Shown here: positions 24,957-33,452 of the stretch, one piece after another
How the letters are laid out: the number at the start of each line of letters is the position of its first letter
Position numbering within the stretch: position 1 is the stretch's first letter
Virus record (IMG/VR): IMGVR_UViG_3300002307_000013
Length of the DNA stretch: 35,444 bases
From: a virus
Direction: 5' to 3' (one strand)
The notes under the pieces: generated by a model
Told to the model about the DNA's origin: nothing
Databases searched by the model: none
What the model saw: only the letters and a program-made list of their open reading frames with translations
Position numbers and translations under genes: made by a program

Positions 24957-25832
24957 ATGGTGACCAATAATAGTATCAATAACTCCACTTTGGTAACAAC
25001 TTTTTTATCGAGCGGAACATGGAATATTAATCCTCGGACTTCTGTTGTACAACTCTTCATATTTTCGGGTGGATCTGGTGGTGGAAGTGGTCGACAAGGA
25101 TTAAGTGGTTCCGCTTCAGGGGGATCAGGTGGTGGAGGCGGTGGAGCAACCAGCCTTATGGTCCCCGCTACATATTTTAGTTCTTCTGAGACCGTTACTG
25201 TAGGAGCTGGTGGACTTGGAGCTTTTTCACAAACCTCTGCGAACACTAATGGAAATAATGGATTTGTTGGTGGAACATCTCTGGTGGGAAATGTACTTGC
25301 ACTTGCTCCCGCTCAAGGAATTGGTGGAACTACTACCACTCAAGTTGGTGGTGGTGGAGGTCTTATTTATATTTTTGGGAATGATAATAACTCTTCCGGA
25401 AATGGGGGCAATGCGAGCGCCACAGCTTTAACATCTTCAGGAAATGGTCAGAATGATTTTGTTGCTGGTGGAGGAGCGGCTGGAGGTGGATCTAATTCCA
25501 TAACTAGACTATCTGGTGGAAATGGAGGAAGTGTAGTTCTCGCTAATAACGCTGTTCTTTATTCTGGCGGAACCGCTGGTATTGAGGGTGGATTTATTAA
25601 TGGTGGAAATGGTGCTGATGCTACGAGCGCCCCATCGCATGGATGGTTTAGTTGTGGAGCTGGTGGAGGTGGAGGCGGTGGACAATCTACTGGTGGCGTG
25701 GCTGGAGTTGGTGGTAATGGTGGATTTCCTGGCGGTGGCGGTGGTGGTGGGGGAGGGTCATTAAATGGAACTGCTTCTGGGGCAGGTGGAGCTGGGTCTG
25801 CTGGGCTTATCATTATTGTTGAATACTTTTAG
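24957..25832 (+). CDS. Glycine-rich domain protein A (291 aa)
   Basis: The N-terminus FLSSGTWNINPRTSVVQLFIFSGGSGGGSG and the C-terminus GGGGGGGGSLNGTASGAGGAGSAGLIIIVEYF flank multiple poly-Gly runs. From memory, the pattern resembles the glycine-rich domains of phage minor tail proteins. Confidence 0.65.
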   Translation: MVTNNSINNSTLVTTFLSSGTWNINPRTSVVQLFIFSGGSGGGSGRQGLSGSASGGSGGGGGGATSLMVPATYFSSSETVTVGAGGLGAFSQTSANTNGNNGFVGGTSLVGNVLALAPAQGIGGTTTTQVGGGGGLIYIFGNDNNSSGNGGNASATALTSSGNGQNDFVAGGGAAGGGSNSITRLSGGNGGSVVLANNAVLYSGGTAGIEGGFINGGNGADATSAPSHGWFSCGAGGGGGGGQSTGGVAGVGGNGGFPGGGGGGGGGSLNGTASGAGGAGSAGLIIIVEYF

Positions 25833-25847
25833 GAATCAGGAGTTGGT

Positions 25848-26711
25848 ATGACGACTAATAATAGTATTAATAACACGATAGCCATCACCACATTTACCTC
25901 CAGTGGAACCTGGAAAATTAATCCAAGAACTAATTCCGTCGCAGTATTTATAATGGGAGGCGGTGGTGGTGGTGGTAGTGGTCGACAAGGCACTTCGGGG
26001 AATGCTGGAGGTGGTTCTGGAGCAGGGGCTGGAGGAATTTCCTACATAGTATCTCCAGCATCAATATTTTCTCCTTCTCAAACTGTTACTATAGGTGCTG
26101 GTGGAAGTGGAGGGAATGCTCAGACAAATGCGGGAGTTAATGGAAATGCAGGGACATTAGGAAGCTCTACGTATTTTGGGCGCATTGCTTGTAAGGGTGG
26201 CCATCAGGGCCTTGGAGGAACAGCTACGACAAACGCTGGAGGAGCTGGAATAGCGCTTTCTTCCTGGATTGTAGCGACAAGTGGAGCTGGTTCGGCGGGG
26301 GGAACAGGAACTCCTACAGCCGCTGCATCTAATTCGTGGTCTAGTGGGGGTGGCGCAGGATCTGTTGCAAACACTACGACTGCTCAGTTAGCATCAAGTG
26401 GTGGATCTATCATTGAGAACGACCATTTATCCACACTCATTTTTTTGGGAGGAGCTGGTGGTATTGAAACTGGGACTATTAATGGTGCAACGGGAATAAA
26501 TCCTATTTACCCTCAAGGTGGAATGTTTACGGGTGGATCTGGTGGAGGTGGAGGTGGAGGACAAAGCACAGGTCTTATCGCAGGAAAAGGTGGAGTAGGA
26601 GGGCTGCCTTCGGGTGGTGGTGGAGGCGGTGGAGGAAGTATTAATGGAACCGTTTCTGGAGCGGGTGGAACGGGCGGATCTGGACAGGTTATAGTGATTG
26701 AATATTTTTAG
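25848..26711 (+). CDS. Glycine-rich domain protein B (287 aa), paralogue of 24957-25832
   Basis: It has the same N- and C-terminal strands (FTSSGTWKINPRTNSVAVFIMGGGGGGGSG ... GGTGGSGQVIVIEYF). Confidence 0.65.
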   Translation: MTTNNSINNTIAITTFTSSGTWKINPRTNSVAVFIMGGGGGGGSGRQGTSGNAGGGSGAGAGGISYIVSPASIFSPSQTVTIGAGGSGGNAQTNAGVNGNAGTLGSSTYFGRIACKGGHQGLGGTATTNAGGAGIALSSWIVATSGAGSAGGTGTPTAAASNSWSSGGGAGSVANTTTAQLASSGGSIIENDHLSTLIFLGGAGGIETGTINGATGINPIYPQGGMFTGGSGGGGGGGQSTGLIAGKGGVGGLPSGGGGGGGGSINGTVSGAGGTGGSGQVIVIEYF

Positions 26712-26719
26712 GAGGTGTT

Positions 26720-26905
26720 ATGTTTCGATATGGCGTAGTAGACTCTACATCTTTCATTGTAATTAATGTGATTATTTGGGATGGCCAAACAGAATGGACC
26801 CCGCCCGACGGAACACTTGTGATACAAGATGATAATGTAGGAATTGGGGATATTTATGATACAAACTCCTCAACATTTTCTCGACCTACAGATATTCAAT
26901 CCTAA
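26720..26905 (+). CDS. Small hypothetical protein (61 aa)
   Basis: TAGGAGG SD and a clean ORF in the fibre cluster. Confidence 0.5.
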   Translation: MFRYGVVDSTSFIVINVIIWDGQTEWTPPDGTLVIQDDNVGIGDIYDTNSSTFSRPTDIQS

Positions 26906-26926
26906 TCATTTATTTGGGAGATGCGC

Positions 26927-28237
26927 ATGGTCCAAGCAACAGGGCTTACTGGTATTAATCCGTTATCGTATATGGGCGTTGATCCATACACTCCGGTTCC
27001 CTTAGTTATTTATCCAAACGCGCCCACGGTAAATGATAATAAGAACTTTGCCCTCGGAACTATATGGATTGTTGAAGGAATATCTGTTTCGATCAATGAG
27101 ATATGGAACCTCGTGTCTCTTGAAAAAGGAGTTGCAACCTGGGTACAACTCTATCCTGGTGGAGGATCCGGGGGAACTTCGATATTTAACTGCGATACGG
27201 GATCCGCTACCGAAGTGGGAGGAGTTATTTCCATCGTTGGGGGAACAGATATATCCACATTGGGCTCAGGAAGCACAGTTACTATATCGGCAAATATTAA
27301 CGTCGCATCAACATATAATGCAGATTCTGGAAGCGCAGCTCCTGTCGCTGGCGTTCTTAATATTCTAGGCGGATCGAATATTAATACCTCAGCTTCTGGA
27401 AATACCGTAACGGTAGGCACTAATGCGAATATAGATGTTACGGGAAATCTTATTGTAAATGGTACATCTACCTTTGTAGGTGGAGCAACCTTTGCTTCAT
27501 CTACTACCTTTAATGGTCCGGTTGCTATCAGCTCACTAGGACAAGGAGTTGTACAGTCAAACTCATCAGGATTTCTTTCTTCAAATGAAGGGACCAATGG
27601 GCAGATGCTTATAGGGTCTTCATCAGGAGCTCCAGCCTGGGGCAACCTCACCTCTATGGATAGTAGTGTAATGATTACGAATGGAGCTAACACCATAAAC
27701 CTGAGCGCGAGTGGTGGAAGTGTTATTACCGGAAGTTACTTTGCAGCATATCTTCTTAACGATCTTACGCTTGTTGGGCCAGGTCCTTACGCATATCAAT
27801 TGGGAAGCTCTGGTGGTCCCGGCGGAATATTAACCGTTATTAGTAATGGTGGCGGAGCATTCACTCCAGGAGATGGAGTTTCTACGCCAGCTAAATTTAC
27901 TGCTCCTGCGACCGGTATTTATTCATTTACAATATCTGTCGGCGTTAAACAGGGATCAACCTATTCAACCTCGGGATGGTTATATTTATTTACGAACGAT
28001 TTCAACTATGTTGGTGGAGGTCTTATTAGTCCTGCATTTCCCGCAGATCCTGCGATTGTTGCTGGTATTGTTCAGGCATATGGTACTTTTGCAGTTCCGA
28101 TGACAATTGGAGATGTTGCTACCTTTGCTCCCTTTTATAGCGGATCGTGTACCTTTTTAGGAACGACCCCATCTTCGCTGTATCCTACTTTTCCCGCTTC
28201 GCTTTACACATATGTTAGTGGATATCGGCTTGCTTAA
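26927..28237 (+). CDS. Tail fibre or receptor-binding protein 4 with a C1q/TNF-like C-terminal head
   Basis: The track start is 26921. I prefer ATG 26927, which lies 6 nt after a GGGAG SD. The C-terminal ~165 aa carry gC1q-like motifs in the correct order: YFAAYL, KFTAPATGIYSFTISV, MTIGDVATF, YTYVSGYRLA. Confidence 0.65.
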   Translation: MVQATGLTGINPLSYMGVDPYTPVPLVIYPNAPTVNDNKNFALGTIWIVEGISVSINEIWNLVSLEKGVATWVQLYPGGGSGGTSIFNCDTGSATEVGGVISIVGGTDISTLGSGSTVTISANINVASTYNADSGSAAPVAGVLNILGGSNINTSASGNTVTVGTNANIDVTGNLIVNGTSTFVGGATFASSTTFNGPVAISSLGQGVVQSNSSGFLSSNEGTNGQMLIGSSSGAPAWGNLTSMDSSVMITNGANTINLSASGGSVITGSYFAAYLLNDLTLVGPGPYAYQLGSSGGPGGILTVISNGGGAFTPGDGVSTPAKFTAPATGIYSFTISVGVKQGSTYSTSGWLYLFTNDFNYVGGGLISPAFPADPAIVAGIVQAYGTFAVPMTIGDVATFAPFYSGSCTFLGTTPSSLYPTFPASLYTYVSGYRLA

Positions 28238-28246
28238 GGAGATGTG

Positions 28247-29602
28247 ATGACAACAGCTAATAACCAGCGGCTTTCAGGGATTAACCCAACGGCATATTTT
28301 GGGGTAAATCCTGCAAGCCCACTCCCTCTTTATATCAGTGATGTTGCTCCTACGTCTGACAATTTTGAGAATTTCAGTATTGGAACGTTGTGGTTGGTTC
28401 CAGGAACTGGCATGACTCCGTCTTCTAATAGTGAGCTTTGGATCCTTGCGGCTATATCCAAAATAACTGCTACCTGGGTTCAGTTATATCCCGGAACCGG
28501 TAGTGGTGGTGGTGCGAATACATATGTCTGTAACACAGGAGTTGCTAATCAATCGAGTGGTGCCATTTCTGTTCTAGGTGGCACAGGAATATCTACAACG
28601 GGATCGGGTAGTACTATCACCATTAATCTTACCGATACTTCAAGCCAATCATTCCCTACGGATTCAGGCACAGCGACTCCGTCATTGGGAGTTCTTAATG
28701 TTCACGGCGGCACTAATATACAAACCTCTGGATCTGGCAACACATTAAGAATTTCTACAACCCCCAATGTCACCATATCGGGAGATCTTACTGTTGATGG
28801 AACCTACAATGCTATCGGATCTGTAGTTCTTGATGATCCTGTTACCCTTGAGGGATCGGTCACTATTCCTGGGTTAGGGCAGGGAGTTGTTCAGGCACAT
28901 ACCGGCGGTTCTCTTTTCTCTACAGAAGGAACTAATGGGCAGGTGCTCATTGCTTCAAGTAGCGGTGCTCCTGCATGGAATAATCTCACATCTACTGATG
29001 GGAGTATCACTATCACCAATGGAGCCCATACGATAGATTTAGCCTCGCATGGCAGTGGAGGAAGTCTTGTAAGCTCCAGTTACTTCTTAGCATATCAATC
29101 AGCAAACTTGAGCATCAATGTTCCTGTCACAAACTTTCCCATAGGAAGTCTTGGTGGCGCTCCTGGTATTCTTACCATAAGCAGGAACCCAGGCAGCCAT
29201 TTTTTCCCTGGCAATGGATCGACGCTTGGTGCTACTTATACTGCTCCAGCAACAGGAACGTATGTATTTATCTTCCAGGTAACTTGGTTTGTGCTTTCAT
29301 TTCAGCCAACAGTTGTTTGGAACTATATCGATACGCCTGCGCATCGCTATACAGGGTTTGGTATACCAGCCTTTCAGATACCAAGAACTCCAAGTACTGT
29401 GAGAGATGGTACTATATGCGCTTATGCAAATTATACGGTTCCTCTCACCTTAGGAGATGTAGTAAATTTTACCGTCGCAAACCCCGGTGGAAGCTTTAGT
29501 GGGGGTGGAAATGCTTCCACAATATTTGGCATTAATCCTGCTGGTATAGGATTAGCTCCTTCAGGACTCTTCACTTTTATTTCTGGATATCGCATAGCTT
29601 AA
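28247..29602 (+). CDS. Tail fibre or receptor-binding protein 5 with a C1q/TNF-like C-terminal head (paralogue of 26927-28237)
   Basis: I prefer ATG 28247, 5 nt after an AAGGAG SD, over the track's GTG at 28244. The motifs are YFLAYQ, ATYTAPATGTYVFIFQV, LTLGDVVNF, LFTFISGYRIA. Confidence 0.65.
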   Translation: MTTANNQRLSGINPTAYFGVNPASPLPLYISDVAPTSDNFENFSIGTLWLVPGTGMTPSSNSELWILAAISKITATWVQLYPGTGSGGGANTYVCNTGVANQSSGAISVLGGTGISTTGSGSTITINLTDTSSQSFPTDSGTATPSLGVLNVHGGTNIQTSGSGNTLRISTTPNVTISGDLTVDGTYNAIGSVVLDDPVTLEGSVTIPGLGQGVVQAHTGGSLFSTEGTNGQVLIASSSGAPAWNNLTSTDGSITITNGAHTIDLASHGSGGSLVSSSYFLAYQSANLSINVPVTNFPIGSLGGAPGILTISRNPGSHFFPGNGSTLGATYTAPATGTYVFIFQVTWFVLSFQPTVVWNYIDTPAHRYTGFGIPAFQIPRTPSTVRDGTICAYANYTVPLTLGDVVNFTVANPGGSFSGGGNASTIFGINPAGIGLAPSGLFTFISGYRIA

Positions 29603-29617
29603 GGGCTAATATGTTTC

Positions 29618-29646
29618 CTGGCCCCCAGGTCATCACTAGGGGCCAG
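29618..29646. terminator. Bidirectional hairpin terminator between convergent operons
   Basis: An 8-bp GC-rich stem, CTGGCCCC (29618-25) / GGGGCCAG (29639-46), with a 13-nt loop. It lies between the + gene ending at 29602 and the - gene ending at 29660. Confidence 0.6.
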
Positions 29647-29659
29647 TCCTGTTGGCAAA

Positions 29660-29887
29660 TCAACGAGGGTCTGTTAAACCCTCACAAGCAGTGATCGCCA
29701 ACCGTAAGCTCAGTAGATTATTGCCATCTTGGAGTTCCCAAAGTGGTTCATTGTCATCTTCACTTGTCTGGATGTATATCTCTTCGCGCCCCAATTCTCC
29801 TTCTATCACTCGACAAATAGTTCCCTTGGGAACCATGTCATATTGTCCTGGCTTGCTGTATCTCTTGAGAATCTTAGGGCACGTCAT
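29660..29887 (-). CDS. Hypothetical protein (75 aa) downstream of erf
   Basis: AAGGAG SD 5 nt upstream on the - strand, in an operon with the Erf-like gene. Confidence 0.55.
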   Translation of the reverse strand: MTCPKILKRYSKPGQYDMVPKGTICRVIEGELGREEIYIQTSEDDNEPLWELQDGNNLLSLRLAITACEGLTDPR

Positions 29888-29908
29888 GAGATCTCCTTTA
29901 CAATGTGA

Positions 29909-30640
29909 CTATCTCTTTTCTCCATTCCTCATAGCTTTTATTGAGCGAACTCTTTCGACCGATGCTCTATATTTCGATTTTGGCATATCGGCAAGCGACT
30001 GAAGTCGTAACCCTTCTAATACCTGTTCGGCTATATCAGGATATTCTGCCAGCTCATACTCTAACTCTGCAAGTTGATCTTTTGATATAGCTTCTGGAGA
30101 TTCCTGTCGAGAATCATATTTTGTATTTAATCCAGTACCCTTTTCATCCGAAGATCTTACGGGACTCATGGCCAACTCCCCATCATCGTCCTCTTTTGCC
30201 GCTGTGACTCCTACGAGGGCAGCGTATGAATATCTCCTGAGATACGTAATGCAACTTCCCAAAGTCTGGATATCATTTTTAGCTGGTATGATGCGCACGG
30301 TGCTTTCTATCCATTGCCCTGAGCTGTGTAGCAGTATGGTATGAAGAATATTTTGGCCATCATCGTGTACTACAACCTGCTGAACTACTGCAAGACCATT
30401 TGCCGTTAAATATTGCCGCGATGCCTTCACTACGGTCGCAAGATCGGCGTACTTAGACTTAAAATAGGGATTCTCTGAAGACTCAGATGCTACTCTCATG
30501 CCCATCTGAGCTTTTGCGAGTGCAGAGGCCAACTCATTAATCTGCTTAGATCTTCCCTTTTGTGATGATTGTTCAAGGGATGCTATAAGAGTGTCTAATT
30601 TTAACTCAAGCGATTCGATAGTTTTCTCGATATTTTCCAC
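29909..30640 (-). CDS. erf: ERF-family single-strand annealing recombinase
   Basis: GTG start after a GAGAGGA SD. Motifs: NPYFKSKYADLATVVKASRQYL, HSSGQWIES, GSCITYLRRYSYAALVGV and an acidic EDDDGE. This order is typical of the Erf family. Confidence 0.75.
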   Translation of the reverse strand: MENIEKTIESLELKLDTLIASLEQSSQKGRSKQINELASALAKAQMGMRVASESSENPYFKSKYADLATVVKASRQYLTANGLAVVQQVVVHDDGQNILHTILLHSSGQWIESTVRIIPAKNDIQTLGSCITYLRRYSYAALVGVTAAKEDDDGELAMSPVRSSDEKGTGLNTKYDSRQESPEAISKDQLAELEYELAEYPDIAEQVLEGLRLQSLADMPKSKYRASVERVRSIKAMRNGEKR

Positions 30641-30690
30641 GCATTTATCCTCTCTAAACTCGGACTTTACAATCCATTTTCCTCACTATC

Positions 30691-30719
30691 AGTATACCAT
30701 TTAGGAAAAGTATTGTAAA
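30691..30719 (-). promoter_or_regulatory. Sigma70-like promoter candidate for the erf operon
   Basis: On the - strand: TTTACA (30719-14), a 17-nt spacer, then TATACT (30696-91) preceded by TGG. It is flanked by the inverted repeat TTTTCCT (30677-83) / AGGAAAA (30703-09). Confidence 0.45.
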
Positions 30720-30792
30720 AATAACTAATCACATGTTATTTTTACGATGTATGACACACGCTTTAAAGATAAAGCAAATTTAAGGATATAGA

Positions 30793-31047
30793 ATGAATCG
30801 CCCAGCTAAAAACAGAGACACTACATACGATTATGAGATCGTAGAATTGCGCAATCGGTTCCTGCACCTTATGGATGTTCTTAAGCCACCGCGGAATATT
30901 CAATATATGGCGAATGAAATGGCGATTAGTCCAGGTAGCCTTCATGGCTTTATAAAACAAAACAAGCGAACGACGCCGCGTCTTATATTTGCGATCAAGC
31001 AATGGATTCTAGAGAAGGAGCAGCAGGAGGGTATTAAAGTAAGATAA
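30793..31047 (+). CDS. Helix-turn-helix transcriptional regulator (Cro/CI-like, 84 aa)
   Basis: AAGGA SD. NIQYMANEMAISPGSLHGFIKQNK reads as an HTH. The gene is divergent from the erf operon. Confidence 0.55.
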   Translation: MNRPAKNRDTTYDYEIVELRNRFLHLMDVLKPPRNIQYMANEMAISPGSLHGFIKQNKRTTPRLIFAIKQWILEKEQQEGIKVR

Positions 31048-31089
31048 TACTAAACATGGACCTGATGCAAAAATTGGTCTATATGTAAT

Positions 31090-31467
31090 ATGAAAGCTCA
31101 GAGAGCACTACTATTAAAAAGAAAAACGCCAGAGTTAGTCGCTCCAGCGTTTGACTTCTTCGAAACCTTTTTCCCCCAAGGAATACAATTCCTACAACTT
31201 TACGAACATACAAACAAAATCATCCCGCGCAGACGAATTGTGACTATTAACATGAATGTGTCTCCAAACCATATATACATCGAGCTCAATATACACACGG
31301 AGATTCAAACCAACTCCAACAAAAGCGAAAGAATAATCAAAGCCGAAGGGCTAAGGAGTATCAGAATCGAGAGTCGAAGGAGCAGAACGCCAAGGAAAGC
31401 ACCAAGTAAAATGCCAAGAAAGCAAATGACAAGGAAAGCCGCAAGGAGTTTACCATATGTCAATTGA
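31090..31467 (+). CDS. Hypothetical protein with a basic C-terminal tail (125 aa)
   Basis: Clean ORF overlapping the next gene by 11 nt. The C-terminus is RRSRTPRKAPSKMPRKQMTRKAARS. Confidence 0.5.
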   Translation: MKAQRALLLKRKTPELVAPAFDFFETFFPQGIQFLQLYEHTNKIIPRRRIVTINMNVSPNHIYIELNIHTEIQTNSNKSERIIKAEGLRSIRIESRRSRTPRKAPSKMPRKQMTRKAARSLPYVN

Positions 31468-32470
31468 TGCTGTTCACATCGTTAATCCTTATTCTAGGGG
31501 TAAACGAACTAAAAAGCAATACTTGCATCTCAATTTCCCACAATCTCGTATGGGAATATCTGATTTTACAGAATCGTTCATAAAATCCATTCCGTTGTGT
31601 GCACGAGAAGCGTTAGGATATCTTGCGCAACTCTCTTCCCGTTTTGGCTTTGTTTGCCCATCTCACTTCACTATAGCGCGCAAAATAGGCAGGTGTGATC
31701 GTCAGGTGAGAAGGTACCTTGATATGCTCAAAGAGAAAGGATTCATCTCTTCATTCCAAAGATACAACGACAGCTGCCTCTATAAGGTGAACCCCCTCAT
31801 TCTCAACCAAGAGGTCCGCCAGGCCTTCTCTCGCCATACGAGATCATTCCAATTTATACCCTTCCTTTTACTGCTTGGATTGCGCGATCTGGAAGAGAAT
31901 GTCCGACTAGGTTTAAGTAATATTTATATAAATAAACCTCTTACATATGTAAATCATATAGAGGGAGAGCGAGACCCCCAGGTATACCCTATGATTCCCT
32001 CACAAATTTCCCAGACCCTGAGATCCTTGCACTGCTTTAAACTCACGCGGTGGGGTCAGATGCGACTCTGTTGTTATCCCGATGAAGCGCTTCTCTATGC
32101 TCAAAAACAATTAGTAACATCGAAGGGTAAGGTTCATGATCTGTTCGTATGGTTTAAGTCTGTATGTGAGCGATATTGCTTTGAAAAGGGGCTTAGAATC
32201 CGACATGACCATGTTACCGAGCTCCATAAGCAGTTCCCCGAACCACCCTCTGCCCGTATGTTGCTGGATGAAGTGCAATCAGCTCATCCTCGAGAACAAT
32301 TCTGTCGAGCGCTTGAGTCTGCACAACAAGATCCTTCCCTTAAGTGGCTCTTTGGTTCGGCGCCCATGCCTTCTCTTCCCCAATCCTCTTTAGAGCTTCC
32401 TAAACTTCCTCAAGAGATAGCTGAGCGCATAGCTGCTCGTAAGCGCGCGAGAGGCATCCAATTTAAATGA
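31457..32470 (+). CDS. Winged-helix DNA-binding protein, candidate replication initiator (337 aa)
   Basis: FTIARKIGRCDRQVRRYLDMLKEKGFISSFQRYNDSCLYKVNP looks like a winged-helix. The gene lies between the regulator and RusA-like genes. Confidence 0.4.
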   Translation: MSIDAVHIVNPYSRGKRTKKQYLHLNFPQSRMGISDFTESFIKSIPLCAREALGYLAQLSSRFGFVCPSHFTIARKIGRCDRQVRRYLDMLKEKGFISSFQRYNDSCLYKVNPLILNQEVRQAFSRHTRSFQFIPFLLLLGLRDLEENVRLGLSNIYINKPLTYVNHIEGERDPQVYPMIPSQISQTLRSLHCFKLTRWGQMRLCCYPDEALLYAQKQLVTSKGKVHDLFVWFKSVCERYCFEKGLRIRHDHVTELHKQFPEPPSARMLLDEVQSAHPREQFCRALESAQQDPSLKWLFGSAPMPSLPQSSLELPKLPQEIAERIAARKRARGIQFK

Positions 32471-32550
32471 GGATCAATTGTGTTACAAATTATTAGGACA
32501 TGGAATACAATGCACTACCTATCCCCATTCGTTGAACTAGGAGGATCCTC

Positions 32551-32943
32551 ATGATGTATGTGTTATCTGGTAAGCCCATCTCTATTCTTAAGATGAGAGA
32601 GCAGCAGAAGAGACAGCAGTGGGATGAGCAAGCTGCGGCTAAGGCACGGCTCTCTTTTGATCTTGCCAACCAGCACGCAGATCGTCCCCTTTATGATGGA
32701 CCTCTTCATATCACGGTGGCCTTTTATTTTCAGTTCTTACAGCCCATTTCTCGAGAAAAGCTTTCCCAATTCAAGGGAATACCCCATATGATTAATCCAG
32801 GGCTTACTGATCTTATACAGTTTGTGGAATGGATAGGGAAGGGAGTACTTTTTGCGCATGACTATATAATTTGCGGAATAGATGCTAGAAAGTGTTTTGA
32901 TGACAACCCGAGAACTGAAATAACTATTAAAAGGTTGGATTAA
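32551..32943 (+). CDS. rusA: RusA-like Holliday junction resolvase (divergent)
   Basis: 130 aa with an AGGAGGA SD. The layout is GKP...PLYDGPLHITVAFYF ... TDLIQFVEWIGKGVLFAHDYIICGIDARKCFDDNPRTEITIKRL. It parallels RusA, but the canonical D-x-DN and DD motifs are degenerate. Confidence 0.5.
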   Translation: MMYVLSGKPISILKMREQQKRQQWDEQAAAKARLSFDLANQHADRPLYDGPLHITVAFYFQFLQPISREKLSQFKGIPHMINPGLTDLIQFVEWIGKGVLFAHDYIICGIDARKCFDDNPRTEITIKRLD

Positions 32944-32944
32944 C

Positions 32945-33451
32945 ATGGATGAAATTGTGCAAAGAGGTAATATAGTTAAAAAACGTAGAGTAAGAGCCTT
33001 AGAAGAACCTGTTAAACCAATAGATTTAACCAAATACAAGATGCCACTCTTTGAGCGCATGAGATTGACTCCTAAGATGGATTCTGAACTTGAGGCTATG
33101 GCCTCAGATCTTGTCACCTGGGCACAGGATGAGGATGCGGTAGTCTTTGATGAGTTTGTAGCTATATCAGGGGTTCCAACTCCTCGCCTGTATGAATGGG
33201 CTAGGAAGAATGAAACTCTTGCTGAGGCTATGGCTATAGCTAAAAGACTTATCGGTGCTCGCAGAGAGCGTAGGGGTCTTGAGGGGAAGTATAATCCAGG
33301 ACTTGTTATGGGCATGATGTGGAACTATAACGATGAGTATAAAGCTTGGAAGAGGGAGTTGAAGGAGAAGGCTCCTGAAGTTAGCAGCGGAGATTTTACA
33401 GTAATTATGGAAACTATGCCCAATTCTCCCCTTGTAGAGGAGAAGAAATAG
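32945..33451 (+). CDS. terS: Terminase small subunit
   Basis: 168 aa. FDEFVAISGVPTPRLYEWARKNETLAEAMAIAKRLIGARRERRGLEGKYNPGLVMGMMWNY matches the HTH plus oligomerisation pattern common in TerS proteins. Confidence 0.6.
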   Translation: MDEIVQRGNIVKKRRVRALEEPVKPIDLTKYKMPLFERMRLTPKMDSELEAMASDLVTWAQDEDAVVFDEFVAISGVPTPRLYEWARKNETLAEAMAIAKRLIGARRERRGLEGKYNPGLVMGMMWNYNDEYKAWKRELKEKAPEVSSGDFTVIMETMPNSPLVEEKK

Positions 33452-33452
33452 A

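Noticed and set aside
24866-25813. Pro-rich antisense ORFs (24866-25246 and 25559-25813, - strand) and small + strand ORFs inside the Gly-rich genes
   Set aside because: Poly-Pro here is just the reverse complement of GGN Gly codons. The sense-strand proteins form a conserved paralogous pair with intact N- and C-terminal strands.
27151-27696. A 181-aa antisense ORF inside fibre gene 26927-28237
   Set aside because: It lies entirely within a gene that has a paralogue and recognisable motifs. It has no SD and a compositional mirror bias.
20808-29602. A diversity-generating retroelement or invertible shufflon acting on the fibre paralogues
   Set aside because: There is no reverse transcriptase, invertase or recombinase gene anywhere in the genome. 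The paralogues are only about 75% identical at the DNA level, with substitutions at all bases and no adenine-specific TR/VR pattern. I saw no flanking inverted repeats.
29652-30002. A 116-aa + strand ORF
   Set aside because: It is antisense to the SD-preceded - strand gene 29660-29887 and to the 3' end of erf, and it begins inside the bidirectional terminator.
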